Assembly (NCBI GenBank): GCA_965178125.1
Contig: OZ237771.1
Location: forward strand, 124,001-188,000
From: Bilabrum cf. latius
Taxonomy: Eukaryota
Direction: 5' to 3'
Length of the DNA stretch: 64,000 bases
This document shows, piece after piece, positions 35,292 through 48,170 of this stretch. Both the position numbers and the translations under genes were made by a program. The stretch's first letter is position 1; each line of letters opens with the position of its first letter. Under the pieces are notes generated by a model, which had not been told where the DNA came from, did no database searches, and saw only the letters and a list, made by a program, of their open reading frames with translations.

Positions 35292-35371
35292 AATACAACT
35301 TATATAGAAAAAAATATTAAAATAGTAACCATAAAAAACCAATAAATAAATAGTAAACATAGATAATAATT

Positions 35372-36292
35372 TTACTTTTTTTTTAGCAATAACTAAATAC
35401 TTATTATTTCCGTATTTGGATAATTGAGTTTATCAAAATCACAAGATAACACGAATATATTATCATTCTTTAGTAATAGTGAATTTAGTTGATTTATTCT
35501 TTTATTCTAATACATGTCTTTATTAGTAGGAATAAACAAAATGTAAGACTCTTTTTTTGATAATTCTATATCTAATAGAGATGATAAATCAATAATTGGA
35601 TAATCACTTACAAGTTTTAAATACTCGTTGTTTATTTCTTTACCTTCAATATTTGAAATAGAAAAATTACCTAATAATATATTTTTACAATTTTTTAATT
35701 CTAAGCTTTTACTATTCTATTTAATAACCTCAAGTAGTTTCTTTAGTTGATTGGTTCTAATATTTGTATTATCAATATATAATAAATCATCAGTTAGAGA
35801 ACATGTAAACATACTAAATACGTAGTTTTTTATTTTTATATTTGCTATTAGCACATGTTCATTGTGTATTATTGACTATGGATTAAATAAATCATAATAA
35901 CTATAATTTTCAAATGGATATGATGAGATTATTACTTTATCATATTTTTTATAATTTTTATCAACAGTTTCAGAATCCCAAGAAGTCTTTATATTTGAAG
36001 AATCAATAGATAATATACTATTTCCATCGTTTAACTCATCAAATGAAGGAACTATATGAAATCTCAAATCTTCTTTTTTATTTCTGATATTAAACTCTTT
36101 ATAAAATTCAATAATTGCTAATTTATGATTTAATCCCTCGAGTGATATAATTGCTTTAGGATATTTAAAAATTTCATCTAAAATTATTTCAATATTTTCG
36201 CTTAAACTGAATGATTTTGTTATATTCGTGGAAATATTGACTAATTTAATAGTGTTATCAGATGAAAATTGTTTAGTGAGTATACTCCCCAT
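35372..36292 (-). CDS. Hypothetical viral protein, about 306 aa (4 TAG), possibly a degenerate EEP fold
   Basis: Continuous frame except TAG, ending TAA. AIISLEG and ILLGNFS loosely resemble the EEP motifs DIxxLQE and ILxGDFN. Confidence 0.6.
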
Positions 36293-36307
36293 ATGTAATA
36301 TAACAAG

Positions 36308-36790
36308 ATTAAAACATGACATACTCGCAAAATTTAATATATTTCTTATATCAAATTTCGCTTAACCATCATGTGAGTAACCTGAATGAAATATTCCAAA
36401 TTGTAGATGTCTTCACTTTTTGTTTGTAACTCCCCCATGTTTTCTATTTTTTGTTTTACTTATTAAGCTCTACTATCACTTTTTACTATCTGATTTTTAC
36501 TTAGGGAAAGGGAGAACCTCGTACGGAAATTTTTTTGAAACTCTCTCTCTATGTATATATTTATTAATAATTTTTTTTTTTTTGATACTAAAATATATTT
36601 TAATTCTAAACATGCACTCCCTCCTCCCTCTCCTCTATTTAATAATTCTTATTATTGATTTTCTTTCTTTTTATCTCTACTGAAATTGTCAAGAGCAAAT
36701 GAAGCGGAGCGAAATTTGTGATATTGAGATAATAATTTATCGATAGATAACAAATTATTAGTGCGAGGCATAGCCGACACGGGGGGGGGG
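36308..36790 (-). repeat. Right terminal inverted repeat (483 bp)
   Basis: Reverse complement of 15538-16020, followed by AATCT. Confidence 0.97.
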
Positions 36791-38384
36791 AATCTGCCTA
36801 GACTCTACCTCCATGCATGGCTCACTGGTGTGTCCAGTTCAAGGTTTGCGACAAGGAAGGCTTGCGGCTCATTCAATTGTTACCACCTGTCCTTGACCTA
36901 AACTTATAGATTGTATCTGGTAAACTCGGGAGGCAGCGGACCAGAACGAGCAGATCCTATTCTTGCAACATCATGGCGTTTGTCATAAATCAAATGAGAG
37001 AGACTTGGCCGATGAAACTCAAAGATCATTGTTTTGAATGATACCAAACCATGCTTCCTGCGAATCATGCGTTTAAACGAATGTTGGACGCCTTCAAGGG
37101 TCCGTTCTTGCTGTCATCTGGCCTCGATCCACCGATTTCATCGCGTAGACCTTCCGATTCAAGGACCTAGAGCTCGGTCTAGTGAACACTTTGAATTACA
37201 TTCTAGTATTGTGCGCTTTTTTCTCGACTGGGTCGTTATTTTGATTTGGATTCGGATAGCAACGAAGCCAAGGGTTACATCGCGAGATCAGTTCAATGCA
37301 CGCTTGTCGGTCAGTAGTGCAGGAAAACCTGTATTATCGCGACATTTTGACACAACGAAATTGAAATCGAGTGGTCTACCCACGGGGGTCAGGGCAAACT
37401 TTGTGATTTCGTATTGATGGAGAGATGCAATATTACTATTGATGCCCGCCCTACCTTGGCGCAACCTGGGGCACTGGCATTTCCGTGTTTCCCCCTTTGA
37501 CATTGTCTTTTAATTGATTGCGTGAAGAATCGACGGTTGGTTACATACATCAGTAGACTGAGAGGTGCAGCTAGCCTCGTCCAGAACCGCTAAGCTTGCA
37601 TTAGATGCAGTTTACTCATTGGAATCTGGAATATGCCGTCTATGATTCCTAGCAGCTTTTCTAAAGCCATACCATAGCTAGCCGCTCTTCTGGTTGCACT
37701 TGGTATTGCGTACGCCTGCTACTAGTCTCTTTGACTTTTAGGTTCGACATCTGTTCCACCGTTCTTACCAATATTCTACTACCACGGCCCAGCAGGTAGC
37801 AATGCATATAAATTTGGAAGAACATGTAGTGCCAGCTGATTTTGGTACCTCGTAAATCCAAGCTGCTTCCGCATGTCGCTAGGCGGTGCTAACCTCCTGT
37901 TGCCAAGGCAAGGAGCCCGCTCTGATGCCTAACTGGAGATAGCCTGAATTGGTTCACGCACATACGTGGCATTATCTTGTTTGTGTGCTGTATCGTCATA
38001 AATCTGCCAGACATGCCGTCCGGGTACTCTTCCGACCCACATGTCGCTCAGTTGGTGAGGCCAGCGAGGTCTCTACAGGATGGGCTCTCGGAGGAAACCA
38101 ACTGCAACCATGCGTGACTGCCTGCAAAATTAGGGTGCTGTGTACAACGTGTGATATCATCAATAAAAAGAAATTGAAGGTTAATCCAAAAGGATAGGGC
38201 CTCTTCGTTCGTCACTCCAAGCCTATGACCACCTGGAGCCGACTTCGAATTCTAACACCATTCGTTGCCCGCCGTTGCCACGTGCCCAAATCCTGACCCC
38301 ATCCGGATCGGACCATACGCCCGGTATGCACAATGATCAGACGGCACGAAATCGCCATACCATACCATACATCTATACAACTTA

Positions 38385-39860
38385 TCATTGGACCGTGTTG
38401 CCCTTGAATCCCCCGTCAGTGGGCGCTCTAGACGCGGCCTTGCGGAAAGTGATGGGCTGTTGAGTCATTGGTCTGCTGGAGGTTGTCGAAGTGCCATTTT
38501 GCAAGTAGCCTGGGCCTACGTCTACAGGATAATGTCTGCTGTCCCCGAGTATGATTAGAGGCTCTTTGGTCAGACCTGCTTCATCCTTAGAACTAGTGTT
38601 GCCTTTCTGGTGGCACCGGCACATGGATATCAGCCCGAGTACGCCAAAAAGCAGGCCAAAGAAGATCCCACCGAACGTTGTTGCGGTATGAATGAGTCCG
38701 CCGGCGTCCTCGGAAATAGAAATGAACTGCTGCCAGCCGGTTGACGGTTTCATGAACACGCATGACGAGGGATCACAAGCCTCCACGTACCTAGAGTAGG
38801 AAGGAGTATAAGGTATGGGGCCGCGAGAGTCGGTCGCGTTGCCTTGTACCCCGAAGCTCTCGATTGACATGTTTCCGACCCATCCCTGATGCATCATGAA
38901 GATACTCTGCGACGGCTCCACGCCTTCTCCGTAGTCTCGGTAAGTCCACTACCGGGCTGTCTCATAGTCCGCAGCCAGCTCTTCGAAATTCGTCCCGGGA
39001 AGCCACTCAGCAGCATCACGTAGATAGGCGGGGTCGGTGAGGTTCTGCCAACTCGGCATGTACAGTGGAGCTGACTATGCAGCAATATTGATGCTCTGGA
39101 TCACCTTAAAATTTATGTCGTTGAAGCTGAGGAACATGTCATCTCGAGAGGGAAGGTTCGAGTGCATCATGGTCATGTCGTTGAGAGCCGTGTACAGCCG
39201 TGTAACGATCCCAATCGATGTGGCAGCCAAGTTGGCGTAGGCGGGGTCGTAGTGTCGGCTGCTCTAGTTGTACTACCCACCGAACGTGACCGAAGCGACC
39301 TCGGGAAAAGAACCGATGTAGCTTGTCTTGACGTATTCCATCGGCACGTCGATGAATACTCGGCCTTTTCCCACCCCGGGGCAGAGCAAGGGCACGCGAT
39401 ACCTCCCGATATACGAAGGACCATTCAGCACTGCGATTTCCTCTTTTGGAACGGACCCAGGGAGATACGGGTTCACGACTCCTGCGAAGCATTCCGAATG
39501 CAATGGCCTTACAACGACCTCTAGCTGCGGCGAGCAGTCGCATTGGAACGAGGCCGAATCATTGATGTGGCGCTCAATCTCAACAGCTGAAAGGTTTTTG
39601 CGACCATTCGATAGTGGGGCATACAACTGCATTGTATGGACAGGCGGGTTGTGCAGCGCCACAGTCGCTGTGTACGAAAAGATTGCTACTGTTGCGAGGA
39701 CAAGTAGCACCATGTGTGTTGCCGATTGCATCTGCTATACAGGATCATCGTCCCGCATGCGACAAGGCAAGAGCCTCCCAAGAATTGCAAGTACTGTTCC
39801 TGCACACGTGCTTTCTTTCCTTCTGCTCGGCTCCTGCGTTAGTTGCTCGTTGCTTTCCAT
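38385..39860 (-). CDS. Two-TM membrane protein with a large Cys-containing luminal loop, about 450-490 aa (5 TAG)
   Basis: ORFs 39273-39731 and 38385-38921 join in frame via TAGs and end TGA. Hydrophobic segments near each end; YVEACDPSSC before TM2. Start uncertain. Confidence 0.65.
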
Positions 39861-41076
39861 GTTCGGCATTCCACTGCGATGTACACAGACTTAAACATCC
39901 GTAGCACAAGTTACTCATCGAACCATCAGCCATTAACTCCTTTGGCACTATGGATGCTGACTGGCAAATGTACATACACTCACCCGACAAGATTGCTAGA
40001 TCTATTTGTGTTTTCGCAAGATCACAAATTTGGTATTCATGAAACAAAACGCTACAATACCCCAGGCGTGTCGTCCTACAACAGCGTGTATACCGTACAT
40101 TGTACTCACGGATCCTGCAGGACCATGCCAGGCACCTCAATTTCGTCTCAAAGTGGTCGAGTAGGGCTGCAGCGAAGGCCAACAGGGAGCTCGTAAGGGC
40201 GGTTCGGGAGGACTTTGCCAGCATGGCCGCAGGGGCAGCCGAAAGCAACATCCTCGTCGTGGCTATCGCCACCGCCAAAGCAGGGTTGGTCAAGGACGGG
40301 CAGCGGGACGAAATACCGGCAGCAGTCGCCGGAGGGAACGTGAATGCTGACACTACCCAGGGGGAGATGGGTCCTCAGGGTGGAGCTCCGGTGGTTAAGT
40401 CTAGGCCATTGCAGCTGAAGCATGAATTCCGGAAGGTCCCGGGCCCTCGTCACATACGTTTCTTCGTGATACCTAGCGCAATTGACTTTATTTCACAAAA
40501 TATCAGACCTCTCAGTGTGGTGGGCTGGTCTCAAAGGCGGTGTGCTTCAGGGGGAGCACTTGTCTGTACTTCCAGGGGCCTGCCGGTGGGGGCGAGAGCC
40601 GGAGCGAATATTGCTTATCACATGTCATATGTCCCTAGCAGTCTTTCCACTCTAGTCTCTGGTAAAGATCTTGGAAGTGGCCGTAGCGGGGGGACTTGTT
40701 GCATCGCATCATCGTAGCCAGCCCCTCATGCGGCTCATGCGGCATGCCATGTGCTCGGGGGCGGCTTCGATGGCTCCTACAGACGTGAATGTGCGGGTTT
40801 CTTGCTTTGTTTCATGACTGGTCGCGAGCCAGTGTCACAGTGAGACTAAGGTGGAACGCTTCTTGCAGCGGGCAGTCAAGGAAACGCATGATGGATCATC
40901 GATGGTGTCTTCTCAATCATTTCTGCCCGCTATCAGTCTCGCCGCTATCATGCTTTAACTGTGTCGTACTCTACGCGGGACTCTGCATCCTCGGTCGCTA
41001 GTCTATCTTCATCTTGATCGATGTCATCGGAGGTTGCAACCGAGGATGTCATCGGGAGCTCCACATTTCCCGCAAC

Positions 41077-42572
41077 ATGGCTGCTGTGTCTGGAGCGATC
41101 CCCGGTACCCCCGCGTCGACCGGTTCCGGCGCTGCAACTGAGGATGATCCTGTAGGCATTCGTCTGGCTCTGCCAAAGGGACGCATGATGCAGAACGTGA
41201 TCGATTTGCTGAACGATGCAGGGATCAAGGTGCGGTGGATGAGAACTTTGCATCTTGAACTAGTTTCGTCCCATTGTTCAAATATGTGCTCCATGCAATC
41301 GTTTAAAAGATTATCGCAGGTCAACTTAGGCTCCGCTCGCGCGTACAGGCCTGTAGTGCCACTGAAAAATTACGATACAAAACTTCTGAAGGTAAGAGGA
41401 AATGAAGTGTGACGTGCCAGCAGGGGATACTCGAGTTTCGGCATTGAGCGCGCACGCAATTTATTAAGAAGGTAAATGTGCAGCAATATTTAGTAACTGC
41501 TGTGTTCGAATTTTCGTGTTCGCTTCAGTGACGCCTAGCGTGCTGGCAAGAGGACGTGGCGTCGGCCCGGCCAGATGAAGGGGCAATGCAAGAGAGCGAG
41601 CATGCTATCGTGGATCTGAATCGAGTTTGTATTTCGATTTGAATCACTGGTCTGTTGGAGTGCCTTGGCAAACTCTGTCCTCCGTAAACGGTACTGGGTG
41701 CTCGCTCGACAGTTGATGTGCCTCGCTTGCAAGTAGCGCTTGTACGAGTCTCTTTTCTGTGTGATTTGGAAGTCAAAGGCTCGGTCATTATAATCATAAC
41801 ACAATTATTGCCTAGCAAATCCCGTCAGTGATTCCTGTTGAATCCCGCGCCGCAGCCCCAGAACATCCTTGGCATGCTCGAGACAGGATCGAGAGACATT
41901 GGCTTTGCGGGGCGAGACTGGGTGGAGGAACTCGGAGCCGACGTGGTTGAGGTCATGGACACGGAAATGGACCCCGTGCGGCTGGTGGTAGCGGCGCCCG
42001 ACGCTGATATCCTGGAGAAGGGCGTGGGCGCGGGCGGCAGGCGCCTCATCGTCGCCTCCGAATACGCAGGCATCACCAAGAAGTGGATCGAGACCAAGAA
42101 GCTTGACGCTTCGATGTTCAGGGCATACGGAGCCACCGAATCGCTGCCCCCGGAGGACGCCGACTGCATCCTGGACAACACGGCAACCGGGAGCACCCTC
42201 AAGGCCAACGGCCTGCACATCATTGACGTGGTGATGACGTCATCCACCAGGCTCTTCGCCTCCAAGGCGGCCATGGACGACCCGGCAAAGCGCGCCCGGA
42301 TCGACTCCTTGAAGCTCCTCCTGCAGTCCGTCCTGGACGCCCGCTCCCGCCGCATGGTCACCGTCAACATCCCCGACGACAAGCTCGAGGAGGTCGTTGC
42401 CATGATGCCCAGCATGAGGGCCCCCACGGTTATGGAGCTCAAGGGCAAGGGGGGCTACCACGCGGTGCAGTCCGCTGTTCCCCAGAAGGAGCTGCCCCAC
42501 CTGATCCCCGCGCTCAAGGAGAAGGGGGCCATGGACATCATCGTGCAGCCCATCGGGCAGATCATCGGGTGA
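41077..42572 (+). CDS. hisG: ATP phosphoribosyltransferase (long form), 3 exons
   Basis: IRLALPKGR, DIGFAGRDW, GATE, TGSTLKANGL, PTV, GAMDIIV. GT-AG introns at 41230-41319 and 41392-41855 restore LLK|PQNI. Confidence 0.93.
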
Positions 42573-42951
42573 GTGTGACGAGTGGATCGGTGCTTGGCGC
42601 CTGGTGTGTCTGCATCATGACCGTGTTCGGGATGGTCAGGCAGGTCTTCTATGAGTCGATGGCGTGTGTGGATAAGGTGCACTGCATGGTAACGCGAGTT
42701 GCTGTCCTCGCCCACAGTGGTCCCTCCCCCTCCCCTGGTACTTTGCTGGGGGAAGGGGCTTTGCAAGGGAATCGTTGGCGGGGGTGTCGGTGTCGTTGTC
42801 GGTGTTGGTGGGTGTTGCGACCTGCCGAACACCGTGGCATTGCATTGACCGGAATTCTGAGTTTATGCAACTGGTCGCATCCGAATGGACGCGCTCGTTC
42901 TCCTTCTCCTTCTTGAATCAACGCACTCCAACGGCCCGATATGTGCACTCG

Positions 42952-44331
42952 TCATACCCCGAACACAGCCCGGATCGCATCCAGCCGGGCAGTGCCTTCT
43001 CTTTCGTCCGGCTCCAGATAGGCGCCTTCGCTCCACTCGTTCCACGCGTTGATCATCAGCGGCGGGCAGATGTCGCTTGCCTCTGACCCTGACCCTGCTC
43101 CGCCGGCGGTACCGTTACTGCGATCCCGAGTCCTCCCGGAAGCACTCGTCACACCGGTGCCCTCGCACCTCCCCTGCAGGTACTTTATCGCGGTCTCCAG
43201 CGCCGACTGGAACTCTGCAGGCGTGGATCGGAACGTGCCGGTCCACGGGTATCCCCTGTCGACGTACGTGTCGGAGGCGATGCATCGGGGGGACGGGTCC
43301 CAGGCCACCGAGGCGGATGGGACGTAGGGGACCCCCCAGCGGGTCTCGAACCCGGGCCACGCGGCGGTGGCCTTGGCCGCGATGTCCGTGTAGGATTCCG
43401 AGGGAAAGTTCGCTTTGGTGGTCTTCATCCATCCGTAGTGGGTGACGGAATCGGCTCCGAGTTGCTGCACCATGGCAGGAGTCCAGTCGTGGATCCCCCC
43501 GCCCATGAGCTGGAAGTGAAGGCAGCCCACGCCGGGGGTTGCCTTGGCCTTGGCTCGCCACTGCTTGACCACGTCCGCTGCTGCATCCATGCCGCCCGCG
43601 CCTTCCAGCATGTTCTGGGGCAGGTACAGAGCGAGCAGGGGGCATTTCACCGACGGGCCTTCCCTCGGTGTGTCGAGCCTGTAGTAGAGCGGGTGGGTCA
43701 TGAAGCTCTCGCATATGTGATCAAAGGCTGCGGTGTACTAAGCTGCGGACTGGTTCCCGTCCAGCATCAGCAGCTCCCTGGGTCCACCGGGGCTCGGTCG
43801 GCCCGTGGCGTGCCATCCTGCCTTGGCGGGATGCACATCGACCCAGTCTTGATTGGCCCACATGAGGGCGAACTGCAATGGTGACCCGGAGGCTGTGCGG
43901 GCGCCGGCTGCTGCGGCACGCGTGGAGTTCGCTCGCAGGAATCCGTTGTTTAGCGCCCCGTCGAGAAACGGTTTCCCTTCGTACCAGTACCAGTCAAACA
44001 TGAAAAAATCTAAACCGGCGCCTGATGCAGCCTGGATTCGAAGCTCTGCTCCCTCAGGGGTGTCTTCGCGCTGCTTCGGGTTCGTCCAACTCCAGGTCGG
44101 GACATTGGGCTAGATGTGCCCTTCGAATCGCGGAGTGGCGTTCACAACAATGTTCATTTCTGTCCAACCCTGTCCGTGGTAGCTCTCCATGATACTGTTC
44201 GGATGCCAATCGCCAAAGTAGAAGGCCCCAACGTCAATTGCAGACGCCGAGCCTGTCCTTGGCTGCCCATGATCTGCGGCAGAAATGTGGAGCAACACGC
44301 AGCTGAAGCAGAAAATCAGCGAAGTACGCAT
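42952..44331 (-). CDS. Secreted GH99-like/WbsX-type glycoside hydrolase (2 TAG)
   Basis: Signal peptide, GAFYFGDWH, FMFDWYWY, FALMWANQDW, INAWNEWSEGAYLEP. TAG at 44110 and 43738; ends TGA. Confidence 0.82.
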
Positions 44332-44503
44332 TGTCAACTTGCTGCAATCAGCGACTTGCTTGTGCTGTGTGGGACCGTGGCTGCGTCATCGAGGTAGATC
44401 TGCTCCGATTCATTCACGTATCTCCTATCTCCAAGCAATTGCACTCTGCCTAAACACGACTCGATACACTAGGCATATTGTTCACTTGCTCCGGATCCGT
44501 CCG

Positions 44504-45808
44504 ATGAAGTCCTTAGTCTTGCTTGGTACCAGTTTCGCTGCAGTTGCCGTTTACGCATCGGATGCTCCAGCCCTCGGCGCCATTCGGTGGGACGCGTGGT
44601 ACCGCGGGGATCCCAGGACAGATGCATTTCGGAAACACACGGATATTGTTGGGCAGTCAGTGACGGACGATATCGCAGACGAGCGCTGGCACTACCGCGT
44701 GCCGTACTATGGAAAGATCGTCAACAGCAGCTATGTGGTGCCTGGTCTTGCAAATACCACCGAGGTCGCAGAGAGCCAAAATCAGTATGCGTATTAGACT
44801 GGTATCAAGTTTTGGGCATTCTGCGCCTACCCTCTACGGTGTGCTGAAACGGACCCCCCACCGAGCGCATGCGAAAAAATCCAATGCTGCGCTGACAACA
44901 ACGCCCTGAGTTATGGCCTGGAGCGTTACCTGGGGTCTATTAATCAACACTTGGTGAACTTTACCCTGTTGCTGCAGGCCGGATGGTTTCCCGGAGTGGA
45001 CCATGGCTCGGCAGAATCGATGGAGGAGGAGGCCGAGCGCATCGCAGGGTATTTTGCCCTCCCGAATTACCAGAGAACCGGGGACAGGCCGCTGATGTTC
45101 CTGCTGGGGTCATAGAACGGACCGAGGGTGAAGCAGGGGCTGCAGGCCATCGGCAAAGCAGCCGCTGCTCGGGGCCTGCCGTCGCCCTACGTGACCTATA
45201 TGGGCAACGCCGGGGGCAATCCCCAACGCGCCGCTTCGAAGTTGCTGTCGGATGGCAGTGCGCTTGGTGCTGATGCAGTGTCCGCTTATATTACCGTGTA
45301 CGACGGAGGATCTGACGGCTCCCCGTATGCCCCCAACATCAATTTCACGGCTGCCCTGTGGGAGGCGACCCTCGACCCCCCTGCACGGCCCTAGTCGGAA
45401 TCCACCGGTGGATCCAGCGAGTCCAAGCGCAGAGCCTCCGAGCGATCTGAAGAGGCTGCAGCTGGTTATGCGGCTCCAATGGGCGTGGTTCCCACCATGA
45501 CCGCCGGCTGGGATCCCCGTCCGCGCGAGTACACGCCCATGCCCTGGGGCAACGTGTCCTGCAGCCACGGCCCGGGTCATTGCTACATGCAAGACCCAAG
45601 CATGGCACAGCTCACAGAACAGACGAAGCAGTTGCTCGAGTATCTTGGTCGCAACAGCACCCGGGGAACGGCTCCGAATCCCTCCAGGCTTGGGCTCATC
45701 TCAGCGTGGGACGAGTTTGACGAGGGGCACTGGATCGCCCCCTCGCTGTTGGGAGGGGACGAGAAGCTCAAAGCCATCCAGCGGGGCATGCAGGATGCTC
45801 ACCCGTGA
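44504..45808 (+). CDS. Secreted GH99/GH71-like glycoside hydrolase, 434 aa (3 TAG)
   Basis: GAIRWDAWY, GIKFWAF, RPLMFL, AGWDPRPR, ISAWDEFDEGHWIAP. TAG at 44795, 45113 and 45392; ends TGA. Confidence 0.8.
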
Positions 45809-46237
45809 CTTTAGATTTGCGTATCCGACAGAATGCTTGCTTGAAATGTACAACTAGTGATGATTTCACCTCAAGCTGGCAATCCATCAAACCGGAACTG
45901 CACATGTGGTCTGGTCGGCTCTCTCCTCGGATTGTCTCTGGTATTGAATTGCGTGCGAAAACTCTATTTTCTCTCTCTCCACGAACGGGTACTACGGGTA
46001 GAGTCTAGAGCAGAGCCTACTTGAATCAGCCCGTGAGTGGGCTATCCGTATCCCTATCTACCACAATCAGGCCGTGAGTGGGCTATCTGTATCCCGATCT
46101 ACCATGGAATCAAGCGACGGGCTACACCTCGCAGCCACATATTCGATGCCTCCCTCCCTTCTCTTGCGTGCTTTGGCTGAGTGCACTGCAGTCCCCGCAC
46201 TTTCGATCAGCTTGATGCCAAGCCGGGATGAAAGACG

Positions 46238-48170
46238 CTACGCTGTGGCGCTGCTGCTGGCGGCACTCGTCACTCGTTCCCATGACCTAAATGCATGCTG
46301 ACGTCCGCCGGGCGTGCCCGTATTGGCCTGTTTGTCTGCTTCGCTTGTGGGGCCTGAGCCACTACTGGGACACCTCTGCTTACCACCTCGGCCTCGCAGC
46401 CAGCACAGCGCAATTGCACACCTCCGGATGGCACACCCAGAGATAGCACCGACTGCGCCTAGCCATATGCATGCTAAAACCACGCCTGTCCATTCCTCCA
46501 TTGGCTCCGATTGCCAGGAGTGACCTTTCCCATGCCTCACCAACGATCCAAGCGAATGCCCATCAACCACATGAAGCGGGAGCATGCTGATCGTGTCGCT
46601 GGCCTCGCACAGCCCCTGGCTTCGGCTACGAATTGCATCCACATTATGTTCTCTGGACCCCAGAAGGTCCTACCTCCCGTGATCTATCATCGATGAGGTG
46701 GCTGACTGTACCAGCCCCTCGCAAGCTGCTCTTGCGTCGCTTTCGATGGTTTTGCGCAACCCTTCAGCACCTGCGAGATCCATCCGCCTGCGAATGCATT
46801 GATTGACAGCTTCCGCCCGGTCTTCCGCACTAGCGGACGGCTGTATGCTTTGATCGTATGCGAGTGATCGCATTACACCCATTAAGCCCCCGCTGCAGGC
46901 CACCTGCTTCGTCCATCCCATCCAGGCTACAAACAGCGGGCCGGTGGACGGGAACACGCCAAGATGATTCGAGAGCATAGCAAGCGGGCGACACGCTTCC
47001 ACATATGACGGGAGCTTCCGCAGAAGCCTCGCGATCGCGGGTGACCCCTTCGGTGCAGCGAAGAAATCTTGCTGCACGCCCCACGTCCTTGGGCCGCCTT
47101 GCCCGAACCACGCCGTCTGAGCCAACCATTCCATTAAGTGTCCGGCACGGGTGCTGACATTCGCGGGATGCTACGAGCCGCCAGCAATCATGCCTTGGTC
47201 TTGATGTGGGTTGGTGTTCCCATGTGTCGCAGGCTGCTGCTCGTCTCCTAGGAGCACCCTCACATGGCACCCGCGCCTGCCCACGTCCATATCGGCGTAT
47301 ATCCCGCCGTGCATGTACACTGCTGCATACCGGGCGACGTCGCCTCTCTGGATTGCGACCGGGAGTCGTTGCAACCACTCCAATGCGACTTTGGCGCCGT
47401 CGCTGCAATGCCCTGCACTACCACAAACATGACCATTCGCTCGATCCGGCTCCCACGACCGGGCACCACCCAGTAACTTCATCGCATTATGCTAGTATAC
47501 GCTAGACAGCAACGCCGGCAAGTCATCATCGCTCCACAGGATGCGCCTAGGAATTGATTCGCCACTCGTCAGGATGGTGCGGGCCGCAAGTGCGCTGTGA
47601 TGACTGTGCGACCGGTTCCAGCATTCGTGCGACCAGTCTTGCCAGCTCCTAGCGAATGGTATCCATCGGGACGGGAGAGCTTCCAGGTCTCCTCTGTGCT
47701 TCCATGTTTGATGCAGCGACGGTGGCACGCCCTGTCTGCCTCCATGCTCAGCACCGTGACTGCCCGGAACCCCCTCGGAGCGATTCTGCCGGTGGGAGCG
47801 GACCTGCACAGAAAGTGTGTTATCGTATTTCCGTCTAAACCAGAGAAAATGATTTGTATGAAATAACTAGTAGTTGTACAACGTGCATGTTGCCTGTAGA
47901 TCTCACCCGTGCTTCTGTTCTGGCGTGCTACACCGAGTCCGGTATGGTTCGAGCGACAGGAAACTCTAGCTGTGGCTCGGGTGATTCAAGCGAAAATCCA
48001 AAGTTTCGATCCAGATAGATCTCAAGAGCATGATTGAATGATGCAGAGAGCAAGTCGGACGCCCCTAGGATGGCTAGCGGGAGCCACGGAAGGGTGACAG
48101 CGAGGCACGCGCCAGCAATCGCGGCCGCGAGAGAGCCCTGGAAACTCCAATGTGCTACGCTAGTTCCCAT
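46238..48170 (-). CDS. GT32/OCH1-like DXD glycosyltransferase (intron near 47810-47905, several TAG; 3' end uncertain)
   Basis: VPPSLHQTWK, LWSDDD, GDVARYAAVYMHGGIYADMDV, STGPLFV lie in ORFs that join at TAG. Confidence 0.75.

Larger units (their letters stand above)
15538..36790. mobile_element. Endogenous mavirus-like virophage (provirophage/EMALE-type), 21,253 bp
   Basis: Abrupt switch to very AT-rich DNA. 483-bp TIRs beginning C10 and ending G10. AATCT duplicated at 15533-15537 and 36791-36795. Helicase-integrase-pPolB and ATPase-protease-MCP-penton modules present. Confidence 0.95.

Noticed and set aside
16086-36292. Viral genes as decayed pseudogenes because of many stops
   Set aside because: Internal stops are almost exclusively TAG, frames stay intact, the TIRs match, and host genes show the same pattern.
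15538-36790. Classical Polinton/Maverick, bacterial prophage, or contaminant contig
   Set aside because: The ~600-aa virophage-type MCP, helicase-INT-pPolB order, TCTA promoters and a TSD within a host repeat fit an integrated mavirus-like virophage.
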